From Malacoraja senta (Eukaryota), in contig JAXLNO010001705.1 in NCBI GenBank assembly GCA_038087875.1, positions 620,001-684,000 of the forward strand: a DNA stretch of 64,000 bases, written 5' to 3'. Below the pieces are notes generated by a model. It was not told the origin of the DNA, did not search any database, and was given only the letters and a program-made list of their open reading frames with translations. Position numbers and translations under genes: made by a program. Shown here piece by piece: positions 1-13,700 of the stretch; the first letter of the stretch is position 1, and each line of letters opens with the position of its first letter.

Positions 1-3000
1 TTGATTTATAGACCACTGAGATCTCTTCTGGGGTAGGGGGTGACCTGTACAAAAGGGACGGGTTACACCTTAACTGGAGGGGGACCGACTTTCTGGCAGG
101 CCGGTTTGCTAGGGCTACACGTGTGCGTTTAAACTAAATAGTGGGGGGAGGGATTGACAAATTGGAAGTATAAAGATGGAGTTGAAGGGGAAGTGAGTAA
201 AGGAAAAATTACAAAAGTTTCTCGAATTAATGGGAAGGAAAGTTTGAGAAGGGATAAAAGAGTCAGGGCCAATTGCGAGGGGGGACGTGAATACGGAGGT
301 CAAAGTGTTGTATATGAATGCGCGAAGAATAAGAAATAAATTGGACGAGCTTGAGGTTGTTAGAAATTGGCAAGTATAATGTTGTGGGAATTACAGAGAC
401 ATGGCTGCAAGAGGGCCAGGGCTGGGAACTGAATATCTAAGGGTATACCTCGTATCGAAAAGACAGACAGAGGGGGAGGGGGAGCTCTGTTGGTGTGGAA
501 TGAAATTCAGTCCCTTGCAAGGGGTGATATTGAAACAGGAGATGTGGAGTCAGTATGGATAGAACTAAGGAATTGTAAAGGTAAAAGGACCCAAATGGGA
601 CATCTGCAGGCCCCCAAACAGTAGCCTGGACATAGAGTGCAAGTTGAATCAGGAGTTAAATTTGGCATGAAGCAATGGTAATGCTGTGGTTGTTATGGGA
701 GATTTCAACATGCAGGTAGACTGGGAAAATCAGGTTGGTACTGGACCCCAAGAAAGGGACTTTGTAGAGTGCCTTTGTAATGGATTCTTAGAGCAGCTTG
801 TATTGGAGCCTACCAGGGAGAAGGCAATTCTGGATTTAGTGTTTTGTAATGAACCGTATTTGATAAAGGAACTTGAAGTTAATGAGCCATTAGGAGGTAG
901 TGACCATAATATGGTCAGGTTTAATCTACAATTGGAGAGGGAAAAGGGTAGATCGGAGGTGTCAGTGTTACAGTTGAATAAGGGGGACTATGGGTCCATG
1001 AGGGAGGAGCTGGCCAATGTTGACTGGAAAGATACCCTAGCAGGGATGACAGTGGAACAACAATGGCAGGTATTTCTGGGAATAGTACAGGTGCAGGATC
1101 AGTTCATTCCTAGGAGGAAGAAAGATTCCAAGGGGAGTAAGGGGTGACCGTAGCTGATAAGGGACATCAGGGACAGTATAAAAATTCAAGAGAAGAAGTA
1201 GAACGTAGCAAAGATGAGCGGGAAGCAAGAGGATTGGGTAATGTTTAAACAGAAGATAACTAAAAAGACAATATGGGGAAAAAAGATGATGCACGAGGGT
1301 AATCTAGCCAAAAATATAAAGGAGTATAGTAAAAGCTTATTTAGGAATGTGAAGAGGAAAAAATTAGTTAAGACCAAAGTTGGACCCTTGAAGACCGAAA
1401 AAGGTGAATTTATTATGGGGAACAAGGAAATGGCAGATGAGTTGAATAGGTACTTTGGATCCGTCTTCACTAAGGAGGACGCAAACAATCTTCCTGATAT
1501 TGTAGTGGCCAGAGGATCTGGGTTGATGGAGGATCTGAAGAAAATCCACATTAGGCAGGAAATTGTGTTGGGTAGACTGATGGGACTGAAGGCTGATAAA
1601 TCCCCAGGGCCTGATGGTCTGCATCCCAGGGTACTTAAGGAAGTGGCTCTAGAAAACGTGTATGCATTGGGAATAATTTTCCAATGTTCTTTAGACTCGG
1701 CATCAGTTCCTGTGGATTCGAGGCTAGCTAATGTTAACCCACTTTTTAAGAAAGGCGGGAGAGAGAAAACAGGGAATTATAGACCAGTTAGCCTGACATC
1801 GGTGGTGGAGAAGATGCTGGAGTCAATCATAAAAGATGAAATAGCTGAACATTTGGATAACCGTAACAGGATTTGTCCGAGTCAGCAAGGATTTACGAAG
1901 GGGAAATCATGCAAGTCAAGTCAAGTCAAGTGAGTTTATTGTCATGTGTCCCTGGTAGGACAATGAAATTCTTGCTTTGCTTGAGCACAACAGAACATAG
2001 TAGGCATTTACTACAAGGCATTCTATAAATATATACACAATGGTCAATATACTGATAAAGTGCAAATAACAGTATTGGCTAGTAAAGTTCAGTGTTATGT
2101 CCGAGCCAGGTTTAATAGCCTGATGGCTGTGGGGAAGTAGCTGTTCCTGAACCTGGTCGTTGCAGTCTTCAGGCTCCTGTACCTTCTACCTGAAGGTAGT
2201 AGGGAGATGAGTGTGTGGCCAGGATGGTGTGGGTCCTTGATGATGCTGCCAGCCTTTTTGAGGCAGCGACTGTGGTAGATCCCCTCGATGGAAGGGAGGT
2301 CAGAGCCGATGATGGGCTGGGCAGTATTTACTACTTTTTGTAGTCTTTTCCTCTCCAGGGCACTCAAGTTGCCGAACCAAGCCACGATGCAACTGGTCAG
2401 CATGCTCTCTACTGTGCACCTGTAGAAGTTAGAGAGAGTCCTCCTTGACAAACCGACTCTCCGTAATCTTCTCAGGAAGTAGAGGCGCTGATGTGCTTTC
2501 TTAATAATGGCATCATTGTTCTCGGACCAGGAAAGATCTTCAGAGATGTGCACGCACAGGAATTTGAAGCTCTTGACACTTTCAACCATCGACCCGTTGA
2601 TATAAACGGGACTGTGGGTCCCCATCCTGCTTGACTAATCTTCTGGAATATTTTGAGGATGTAACTCGGAAAATGGACAAGGGTGAGCCAGTGGATGTGG
2701 TGTACTTGGACTTTCTGAAAGCATTTGATAAGGTCCCATATAGGAGATTAGTGGCCAAAATTAGGGCACATGGTATTGGGGGTAGAGTGCTGACATGGAT
2801 AGAAAATTGGTTGGCAGACAGGAAACAAAGAGCAGGGATTAATGGGTCCTTTTCAGAATGGCAGGCAGTGACTAGTGCGGTACCGCAAGGCTCGGTGCTG
2901 GGACCGCAGCTATTTACAATATACATTAATGATTTGGATGAAGGGAATCAAAGTAACATTAGCAAATTTGCAGATGACACAAAGCTGGGTGGCAATGTGA

Positions 3001-3410
3001 ACTGTGAGGAGGATGCTATCAGAATGCAGAGTTACTTGGACAGGTTGGGGGAGTGGGCAGATGCATGGCAGATGAAGTTTAATGTGGATAAATGTGAGGT
3101 TATCCACTTTGGTATCAAAAACAGGAAGGCAGATTACTATCTAAATGGCTTTAAGTTGGGAAAAGGGGAATTACAAAGTGAGCTGAGGGTGAGTCTGTGG
3201 AATTCTCTGCCTCAGACGGCGGTGGAGGCCACTTCTCTGGATAATTTCAAGAGTGAGCTAGATTGGACTCTTAAAGAAAGCGGAGTCAGGGGATATGGGG
3301 AGAAGGCAGGAATGGGGTACTGATTGGGGATGATCAGCCATGATCACATTGAATGGCGGTGCTGGCTCGAAGGGCCGAATGGCCTACTCCTGCACCTATT
3401 GTCTATTGAC
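1..3410 (+). mobile_element. Degenerate CR1 LINE (APE + RT), split by a Rex1/Babar insertion at about 1912-2626
   Basis: ORF fragments VMGDFN, NYRPVSLTS, PQGSVLGP and FADD. GKSC|LTNLLE continues across the insertion. CR1 3' end near 3405. Confidence 0.9.
1912..2626 (-). mobile_element. Rex1/Babar-type LINE 3' fragment
   Basis: ORF 2095-2625 (HQRLYFLRRL...RCLKKAGSIIKDPHHPGH...PSGRRYRS) is a typical Rex1/Babar C-terminus; (CTTGA)n tail. Confidence 0.72.
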
Positions 3411-3519
3411 CGAGGCAGAGGTTCACTTGCACCTCCTCCAACCTCATCTATTGTATCCGCTGTTCCAGGCGTGGACTCTTGTATATTGGCGAGACCAAGC
3501 GTAGGTTCAGAGATCATTT

Positions 3520-3930
3520 TGAAGAACACCTCCGCACAGTTCGCCTAAACTTACTTGATCTCCCGGTTGCTCAACACTTTAACTCACGCTCCCATTCCCA
3601 CACTGACCTTTCTGTCCTGGGCCTCCTCCATTGACAGAGTGGGACCCAGCGCAAATCGGAGGAACAGTACTTTATATTTCGCTTGGGTAGCTGACACCCC
3701 AGCGGTATGAACCTTGACTTCTCTAACTTCAAGCAGCCCTTGCTTTTCCTCTCTCGCCATCCCCTCCCCATTCCCAGTTCTCCCACCAGTCTTGCTGGCT
3801 CCAACTACATTTTAACTCTGTACCGCCCACTCCACTGACATCAGTCTGAAGAAGGGTGTCGACCCGAAACGTCATCCATTCTTTCTCTTAAGAGATTCTG
3901 CCTGTCCCTCTGAATTACTCCAGCGTTTTG
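3520..3930 (+). mobile_element. Penelope-like element 3' end (GIY-YIG C-terminus plus pLTR)
   Basis: Encodes HLRTVRLNLLDLPVAQHFNS...SEEQYFIFRLG...MNLDFSNFK, followed by the CTGAAGAAGGG..CCCGAAACGTC terminal motif. Confidence 0.8.
3842..3877 (+). ncRNA. Minimal type I hammerhead ribozyme motif in the PLE pLTR
   Basis: CTGAAGA (3846-3852), stem II GGGT/ACCC, then GAAAC-GTC. Confidence 0.65.
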
Positions 3931-4124
3931 TGTCTATCTTCCGCTTATCGTTTGCCAAGCTTTAATTTGCCACACCCACTCTTTTCCAGTTTCTCCCCAC
4001 GCCGACGGCAATTAATCAGAAAAAAGGATCCCGTTAGGACACGTCATCTGTCCAGCCCCTCCACAGATGTTCATTGGCTCGCTGAAACACTACATCAGTT
4101 TGTGTATTGATTGAAAAGAGTAGA

Positions 4125-4625
4125 TTCTTGCTATTGAGTAAGTGCAGCATAGGTATACAAGGTTAATTCCTGGGATGGCAGGACTGTCCGCTGTTTAAAG
4201 AATCGAGCCACTGGGCTTGTATATACAGCAATTTAGAAGGATGTGAGGGAATCTTATTGAAACATATAAGATTATTAAGGGATTGTATACGCTAGAGGCA
4301 GGAAACATGTTCCCGATGTTGGGGAAGTCTAGAACCAGGGGCCACAGTTTAAGAATAAGGGGTAGGCCATTTAGAATGGAGATGAGGAAAACTTTTTCAC
4401 CCAGAGAGTTGTGCATCTGTGGAATTCTCTGCCTCAAAAGGCAATGGAGGCCAATTATCCGGATGCTTTCAAGAGCGATTTGATAGAGCTGTTAAAGATA
4501 GCGGAGACAAGGGATATGGGGAGAAGATAGGAACGGGGTACTGAATGGGGATGATCAGCCATGATCACAGTGAATGGTGGTGCTGGCTCAAAGAGCCGAA
4601 TGGCCTGTTCCTGCACCTATTGTCA
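4125..4625 (+). mobile_element. CR1 3' fragment
   Basis: RT C-terminus (MFPMLGKSRTRGHSLRIRG) and the CR1 3'UTR shared with other copies. Confidence 0.85.
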
Positions 4626-5319
4626 ATCGAGAAACCTTGCAGAAATATGCTGACCCATCAAATGGGGTCTCTGCGCTCTTCTGTAAGATCACTGCGGACG
4701 ACGCCTATGAATCCTTATCACCTTTCCCCTCATTCCATGTACCCCTTGCCTTACTTGTGATTTCAAACTCCATCAACGTCCAATTTAAATATTGTTAATA
4801 TATTCATATCCATTGTTTTCGGGAATAGAAGAATTCCAAAGTGCCACAACTCCCTGGCACAAATTACTCTTAATCTCCGATTACATTGGGTGGCCATTAT
4901 TCTGAAACCAGGCATCTTAGTCCTGAACACCACTGCAGAAAAAATAATCTCACAAGCTATCCCATCATCCCAGCTCAGAATATTAACAATAGTAAGGTCA
5001 TCTCAAAATCTTTGGAATATTTATGCAGTGGCCTCATTCTGCTCATCAACGTAATCTTATTATGGAAGATTCAGCTTGGTGAACCTTGCACTACCGCCCT
5101 TACAAAAGTCCCAAGCATTGTGTTTCGGCATGAGAGATGTCTCCAGACATGGTCTCATTAGAAACCTATAAAACGTCCCATCATCCTTATCCTTCCCCCA
5201 GCCATCTGCCAATCAACATCCTTACCTGCACTCACCCTAACTCTAACCCTCACCCTATCCCAAACCCCAGCGGTGGGAATATAGGTTTTTCTTATTTACT
5301 CTAACCTTTGCATTCCATC

Positions 5320-5725
5320 TCTCCCCTTCATCCCCCACCCTCGTCATCCTACTAGTTTCACTGTCGTCCTGCTTAGTTTTACCGTTTGTATTCACTCGTT
5401 GTCACCTTTTCCACAGCCAACAAGAGGCCATTGTGGGCTCCTCCATTCCTTGATCATTGTGGCTGCCTTTGATTTGTTCTTTTCATACCTTTCATTCATT
5501 TGTTATTTGTACACGCCTCTAGTTTCCCCCATCCTTGATGTTTAAGCAAAAAAGTACGTATTTTATCCAATATTAGAATGTCTAATATTGCCCCTCTCCT
5601 CTGACTGTCAGTCTGAAGAAGAAGGGTATGGATCCCAAAGTCACCGATGCCTTTTTGCCAGAGATGCTACGTGAGCCACCGAGTTACTCCGTCATTTGTG
5701 TCTATCATCGGTGTAAACCAGCAAT
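5320..5725 (+). mobile_element. Penelope-like 3'UTR/pLTR fragment
   Basis: Similar to the reverse complement of 33540-33900; degenerate CTGAAGA motif near 5613. Confidence 0.65.
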
Positions 5726-6669
5726 TCCAGATCCTTTCTACACATTTCCTCCACTCATCACGTCCCAGGCTTTATCCGGTCCCCAGCTCTATTCACCAGT
5801 TACTGGAGGAGACAATCTCAGCCGTTACCACATGCTACTTATTTATCCCACTTCAATATAGGCTTTATTCCATTAGCCTCCCAAGACGGCTGCTGCACCT
5901 CCCGCTAATATTTTGTGTGTCATATTCTGGTTGATCAGAATTTTTAGCGCCACAAGATTTTGAAGGTACACCCCACTTAAATAATATTGTCAGCACTTGC
6001 TTTGTTTCTGCCGTTCAAATATCGTCCAATTTGGTACCCGTTGTACACATCACACTACAGGTTCTTTGTGTTAACCTGACACTTCTCACTGGAACACTAT
6101 GTGTGCCGTCAAAAGGCCTAAACATGGTAATCAGTGCATTTATTGAAGTTATTAATATGCATTGTAAACAATTGACATATCATCACTGATCTCTGCAAGT
6201 ACCTCATCCAAGAACAAACCAGGACATACATTCCATCTTCAAAGACTTACAACAACTTTTTCAAATACCGTTGCCTGTTCAAAAAATAATGAACAATCTG
6301 TTTGAAGGGCGTATGAACCCCGAAGCACCCGGATATATTCTTCTAAATCACGGCATCAATATCTCCGCTCTGATAGATGTGTGACCATTTGACATTTTTT
6401 GTGAATATTTCTTGCTCTCATCCTTCTTCATCGTTGTCATGTTTGCAGTTTTAACTCCAGTAGAGTTTTTCCTCAATGTTACGTCATTTGTAAAATGTTA
6501 TTTTGTGATATATTATAATCCATACACTCTCTGTGTCTACATCTACATATTTCTAATGCTCACATTCAGGTCATTGGGTCCAGGTGACATGTCGAGGTCT
6601 AGCGCATTATTTTACTGCATTTTCTCTGGTGATTTAGTCTACTTTCATAAGTTCAGATATTCATGAATC

Positions 6670-7340
6670 ATAGCAGCATAATTATATCATTCGGCCTGTC
6701 GAGTCTACTCCGCCATTCAATCTAGCTTTCTCTCTCGTACCCATTCTGCCGCCTTTCCCCCAAAGCCATTGACTCCCTTACTAATTACAAATCTGTCAAT
6801 CTCCGCTTTAAAACATACCCATATAACTTGGCCTCCATGGCTGCCTGTGGCAATGAATTCCACAGATTCACCGCTGACCAAAGAAATTCCTCATTTCCTT
6901 TCTAAGTCTCTGTACTTTTACACTGAGGCTGTGCTCTCTTGTCCTAGACGTTCCAACAAGTGGAAACATCCTCTCCACATCAACCCTCCTCGGGCCTTTC
7001 AATCTTCAATCGGTTGCAATAAGATCTCACCACATCCTTTTAAAGTCCAGCGTGCATAGGCCTAGCACCGTCAAACGCTCCTCATAGATTACTCCAATCA
7101 TTCCCGGGATCATTATTCTAAGCCTCATCTGAACCCTCTCCAAGTCCAGCATATCCCTCCTCAGATATGGGCCCAAAAACGACTCAATATTTTCCATATC
7201 CTTGTTGGCCCATTCTACCAACCTGTCCAGTTCATCTGCAGGCTCCCTGCTTCCTCTACACGACCTGTCCCTCTACCTATGTCCATATCATCTGCAAACT
7301 AGACCACAAAGTCAAGTGCTTTGAGATTTCTGCAACTATA
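6670..7340 (-). mobile_element. Decayed CR1 3' fragment
   Basis: Reverse complement resembles the CR1 RT C-terminus (DMLDLERVQMRLRIMIPG) and 3'UTR. Confidence 0.7.
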
Positions 7341-8184
7341 AACATAGATAATTTACGGTGACGTTAAAAGAGATGCAATATGCAGTATTTCCGTCATTGC
7401 TGTTTTCCATCATTTATTTACCAGAAAACAAAAGTCAGTTGATAATGTTTATTCAGCATTTTCAAATACTTGTTGTATCTGTTGTATATTTGTCGTACAA
7501 AAAGGGGCGCACCCAGGCCCGGTAGTGGAACTGATAACATATTGGACCGTAACCAAATTTTCCAACACAGATAACTGTATTCCAGACTGCTACAATCTCT
7601 GTAGGATTAATACAGATTTTGGTGAAGTGTGAAATAAACATAGACGCAGCCTCGTGCTTTACAGACAGAGGCATTTTGGGGTGTAATTATTGCAGAGGGA
7701 GTGCAGTATATTATGTTGATAGGTGTTTTAAACGCATTGTGTAATGCACAAAAAGCATTTAGACAGACATATGGATATGCAAAGAGTGGCGGGATGTGAA
7801 TCATTTGCACGTAGGTGAGATTTGTTGATTATATTTAGCACAGAGATTGTGAGTCGAAAGGCATGAAACTGTGCTGTACATTTCTATGTTCTTTGCAAGA
7901 CAATTAGGGGTGTGCTCAGTGTAAGATACAGAATGTTGGGGCAGATTGTGATTTAAGCATATACAGACGTTGGGCTTCACAGATGGGTGCTTGTTTCAGT
8001 GTAAATTATGGAGACGTAAGGCCTAATGTGACATGGAATTGTGCTTCAGAACATGGTACTATACATATTTCTTTTAGTTTAGACATTGAAAATGTTATTT
8101 CAATAAATACAGCCCATAATCAAGGACGATGTGTATTATAGTAGATACAGGGGGGCGGCACAGTGGCATATGGGGCGAAAGGCT

Positions 8185-8390
8185 GGCACAGTGGTAGAGC
8201 TGCTGCCTTACAGCAGCACAGAAACATATTCGATCCTGACTGGATGCTGTCTGTACGGTGTTGTCCGTTCTCCATGTGACCGCGTGTGTTTCCTCCGGGT
8301 GCTCCAGTTTCCTCCCACATTCCAAAGGCGTATAGCTTTGTAGGCTAATTGGCTTTGAAAAAGAATGTAAATTGTCCCCAGTGTGTTGGG
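8185..8390 (+). mobile_element. tRNA-derived V-SINE-like element
   Basis: GGCACAGTGGTAGAGCTGCTGCC head and V-domain-like core TTTCCTCCGGGTGCTCCAGTTTCCTCCCACATTCCAAAG. Confidence 0.7.
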
Positions 8391-8516
8391 AAAAGAGCGG
8401 ATCATAATTTCTTTTTCATGTACAGTGAGTTTAATGAATATAGGGGCTAGGTCTAATATGGGCTATGCGGGACAAAGACAAGGTTAGATAAAACAACAAG
8501 TTAGACAATATATAGT

Positions 8517-10130
8517 GAGTGAAGGAAATCCACATTAAGCAGGTAATGGTGTTGGATAGACTGATGGGACTGAAGGCTGATAAATCCCTAGGCCCTGATG
8601 GTCTGCATCCCAGGGTAATTAAGGAAGTGGCTCTAGAAATCATGGACGCATTAGTGATAGTTTTCCAATGTTCTATAGATTCAGGATCAGTTCCTGTGGC
8701 TTGGAGGGTAGCTAATTTTATTCCTGTTTTAAAGAAAGGCGGGAGTGAGAAAACTGGGAATTATAGACCGGTTAGCCTGACATCGGTGGTGGGGAAGATG
8801 CTGGAGTCAATTATAAAATATGAAATAGCCATGCATTTGGATAGCAGTAACAGGATCGGTCCGAGTCAGCATGGATTTACGAAGGGGAACTCGTGCTTGA
8901 CTAAACGTCTGGAATTTTTTGAGGTTGTAACTAGGAAAATGGACAAGGGAGAGCCAGTGGATGTAGTGTACCTGGACTTTCAGAAAGCATTTGATAAGGT
9001 CCCACATAGGAGAATAGTTGGCAAAATTAGAGCACATGGTATTGGGGGTAGAGTGCTGACATGGATAGAAAATTTGTTGGCAGAAAGGAAACAAAGAGTA
9101 GGGATTAACGGGTCCCTTTCAGAATGGCAGGCAGTGACTACTGGGGTACCGCAAGGTTTGGTGCTGGGAACGCAGCTATTTACAATATACATCAATGATT
9201 TAGATGAAGGGATTCAAAGTAACATTAGCAAATTTGCAGATGACACAAAGCTGGGTGGCAGTGTGAACTGTGAGGAGGATGCTGTGAGAATGCATGGTGA
9301 CTTGGACAGGTTGGGTGAGTGGGCAGATGCATGGCAGGTGCAGTTTAATGTGGATAAATGTGAGGTTATCCACTTTGGTAGCAAAAACAGGAAGGCGGAT
9401 TATTATCTAAATGTTGTCAAGTTGGGAAAAGGGGAAGTACAATGGGATCTGGGGGTCCTTGTTCATCAGTCAATGAAAGCAAGCATGCAGGTATAGCAGG
9501 CAGTGAAGAGAGCAAATGGCTTGTTGACCTTCATAACAAGATGAGTTGAGTATCGGAACAAAGAGATCCTTCTGCAGTTGTACAGGGCCCCAGTGAGACC
9601 ACACCTGGAGTATTGTGTGCAGATTTGGTCCCCTAATTTGAGGAAGGACATTCTTGCTATTGAGGGAGTGCAGCGTAGGTTTACAAGGTTAATTCCCGGG
9701 ATGGCGGGACTGTCATATGCTGAGAGAATGGAGCGGCTGGGCTTGTACACTCTAGAGTTTAGAAGGATGAGAGGGTATCTTATTGAAACATATAAGATTA
9801 TTAAGGAGTTGGACAAGATGGAGGCCGGATACATGACCCGATGTTGGGGGAGTCCGGAACCAGGGGCCACAGTTTAAGAATAAGTGGTAAGCCATTTAGA
9901 ACGGAGACGAGGAAACACTTTTTCACAGAGTTGTGAGTTTGTGGAATTCTCTGCCGGGCGGTGAAGGCTTTCAAGAGAGAGCTAGATAGTGCTCCTATAG
10001 ATAGCGGAGACAGGGGATATGGGGAGAAGGCAGGAACTGGGTACTGATTGGGGATGATCAGCCATGATCACATTGCTGGCTCGAAGGGCCGAATGGCCTA
10101 CTCCTGCACCCATTGTCTATTATTGTCTGT
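8517..10130 (+). mobile_element. 5'-truncated CR1 LINE
   Basis: 325-aa RT ORF 8519-9496 with FADD, stops downstream, CR1 3' end. Confidence 0.9.
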
Positions 10131-10721
10131 TAAATAAACAACATGATATAAACAGGTAAAATTCATGTCGCCTCTGCTTGTGGTGAATACAGAAAACAGT
10201 CTAACAATATATACACAGGTGCAGATATTTATTGAATATTGGCTGTAACAGAACCTTAGGACCGCAATGTTTGTAGCGAACATTATGCCCAATTAAACTG
10301 ATCTCTCTGTCTTGATCCACATCCTTGTACTCTCTGTACTTCCCTGTGCCTATATAAAGCCTGTTAAACACCGCAATCATATCCACCCACAACACCATCA
10401 TACGTTCCAGGTCCGTACCACACTCTGTGTAAAAAAACCTGCCTCGCCCATCTGCATTAAATGTCCCCCCTCCCAACTTATAACTATGTCCTCCCATGTT
10501 GGGCATTTCCATCCTGAAAATGATTCTGTCTGTCTGCCCTATAAATGCCTCTCATTATTTTATATAATTCTATCAAGTCTCCCACGAACCTCCGACGTTC
10601 CAGAGAAAACAGTCCAAGGTTACATAGAAACATAGAAACATAGAAATTAGGTGCAGGAGTAGGCCATTCGGCCCTTCGAGCCTGCACCGCCATTCAATAT
10701 GATCATGGCTGATCATCCAAC

Positions 10722-13700
10722 TCAGTATCCCGTACCTGCCTTCTCTCCATACCCTCTGATCCCTTTAGCCACAAGGGCCACATCTAGCTCCCTCTTAAAT
10801 ATAGCCAATGAACTGGCCTCGACTACCCTCTGTGGCAGAGAGTTCCAGAGATTCACCACTCTCTGTGTGAAAAAAGTTCTTCTCATCTCGGTTTTAAAGG
10901 ATTTCCCCCTTATCCTTAAGCTGTGACCCCTTGTCCTGGACTTCCCCAACATCGGGAGCAATCTTCCTGCATCGAGCCTGTCCAACCCCTTAAGAATTTT
11001 GTAAGTTTCTATAAGATCCCCTCTCAATCTCCTAAATTCTAGAGAGTATAAACCAAGTCTATCCAGTCTTTCTTCATAAGACAGTCCTGACATCCCAGGA
11101 ATCAGTCTGGTGAACCTTCTCTGCACTCCCTCTATGGCAATAATGTCCTTCCTCAGATTTGGAGACCAAAACTGTACGCAATACTCCAGGTGTGGTCTCA
11201 CCAAGACCCTGTACAACTGCAGTAGAACCTCCCTGCTCCTATACTCAAATCCTTTTGCTATGAAAGCTAACATACCATTCGCTTTCTTCACTGCCTGCTG
11301 CACCTGCATGCCTACTTTCAATGACTGGTGTACCATGACACCCAGGTCTCGCTGCATCTCCCCTTTTCCTAGTCGGCCACCATTTAGAAAATAGTCTGCT
11401 TTCCTGTTTTTGCCACCAAAATGGATAACCTCACATTTATCCACATTATACTGCATCTGCCAAACATTTGCCCACTCACCCAGCCTATCCAAGTCACCTT
11501 GCAGACTCCTAGCATCCTCCTCACAGCTAACACTGCCCCCCAGCTTAGTGTCATCCGCAAACTTGGAGATATTGCCTTCAATTCCCTCATCCAGGACATT
11601 AATATATATTGTAAATAGCTGGGGTCCCAGCACTGAGCCTTGCGGTACCCCACTAGTCACTGCCTGCCATTGTGAAAAGGACCCGTTTACTCCTACTCTT
11701 TGCTTCCTGTTTGCCAGCCAGTTCTCTATCCACATCAATACTGAACCCCCAATGCCATGTGCTTTAAGTTTGTATACTAATCTCTTATGTGGGACCTTGT
11801 CGAAAGCCTTCTGGAAGTCCAGATACACCACATCCACTGGTTCTCCCCTATCCACGCTACTAGTTACATCCTCAAAAAATTCTATAAGATTCGTCAGACA
11901 TGATTTACCTTTCGTAAATCCATGCTGACTTTGTCCAATGATTTCACCACTTTCCAAATGTGCTGCTATCCCATCTTTAATAACTGACTCTAGCAGTTTC
12001 CCCACTACCGATGTTAGACTAACTGGTCTGTAATTCCCCGTTTTCTCTCTCCCTCCCTTCTTAAAAAGTGGGGTTACGTTTGCTACCCGCCAATCCTCAG
12101 GAACTACTCCAGAATCTAAAGAATTTTGAAAGATTTTTACTAATGCATCCACTATTTCTGGAGCTACTTCCTTAAGTACTCTGGGATGCAGCCTATCTGG
12201 CCCTGGGGATTTATCGGCCTTTAATCCATTCAATTTACCCAAAACCACTTCCCGACTAACCTGGATTTCACTCAATTCCTCCAACTCCTTTGACCCGCGG
12301 TCCCCTGCTATTTCCGGCAGATTATTTATGTCTTCCTTAGTGAAGACGGAACCAAAGTAGTTATTCAATTGGTCCGCCATATCCTTGTTCCCCATGATCA
12401 ACTCACCTGTTTCTGACTGCAAGGGACCTACATTTGTTTTAACTAATCTCTTTCTTTTTACATATTTATAAAAACGTTTGCAGTCAGTTTTTATGTTCCC
12501 TGCCAGTTTTCTTTCATAATCTATTTTTCCTTTCCTAATTAAGCCCTTTGTCCTCCTCTGCTGGTCTCTGAATTTCTCCCAGTCCTCTGGTATGCTGCTT
12601 TTTTTGGCTAATTTGTACGCATCATCTTTCGCTTTGATACCATCCCTGATTTCCCTTGTTATCCACGGATGCACTACCTTCCCTGATTTATTCTTTTGCC
12701 AAACTGGGATGAACAATTTTTGTAGTTCATCCATGCAGTCTTTAAATGTCTTCCATTGCATATCCACCGTCAACCCTTTTAGAATTAATTGCCAGTCAAT
12801 CATGGCCAATTCATGTCTCATACCCTCAAAGTTACCTTTCTTTAAGTTCAGAACCATTGTTTCTGAATTAACAATGTCACTCTCCATCCTAATGAAGAAC
12901 TCAACCATATTATGGTCACTCTCGCCCAAGGGGGCACGTACAACAAGACTGCTAACTAACCCTTCCTCATTACTCAATACCCAGTCTAAAATAGCCTGCT
13001 CTCTCGTTGGTTCCTCTACATGTTGATTTAGATAACTATCCCGCATACATTCCAAGAAATCCTCTTCCTCAGCACCCCTGCCAATTTGATTCACCCAATC
13101 TATATGTAGATTGAAGTCACCCATTATAACTGTTTTGCCTTTGTCGCACGCATTTCTAATTTCCTGTTTGATACCATCTCCAACTTCACTACTACTGTTA
13201 GGTGGCCTGTACACAACACCCACCAGCGTTTTCTGCCCCTTAGTGTTTCGCAGCTCTACCCATACCGATTCCACATCCTCAAACCTAATGTCCTTCCTTT
13301 CCATTGCGTTAATCTCCTCTCTAATCATCAATGCTACCCCACCTCCTTTTCCTTTCTCTCTGTCCCTCCTGAATATTGAATATCCCTGGATGTTCAGCTC
13401 CCAGCCTTGGTCACCCTGGAGCCATGTCTCCGTGATCCCAACAATATCATAGTCATTAATAGCTATCTGCACATTCAACTCATCCACCTTATTACGAATG
13501 CTCCTTGCATTGAGACACAAAGCCTTCAGGCTTGTTTTTACAACACTCTTACCCCTTATACAATTATGTTGAAAAGTGGCCTTTTTTGATTTTTGCCCTG
13601 GTTTTGTCTGTCTTCCACTTTTACTTTTCACCTTGCTACCTATTGCTTCTACCCTCATTTTACACTCCTCTGTCTCTACGCTCACACATTTAAGAAACCC

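Noticed and set aside
5940-6670. Possible decayed coding sequence on the - strand
   Set aside because: Stops in the frames I read and no motif I can assign.
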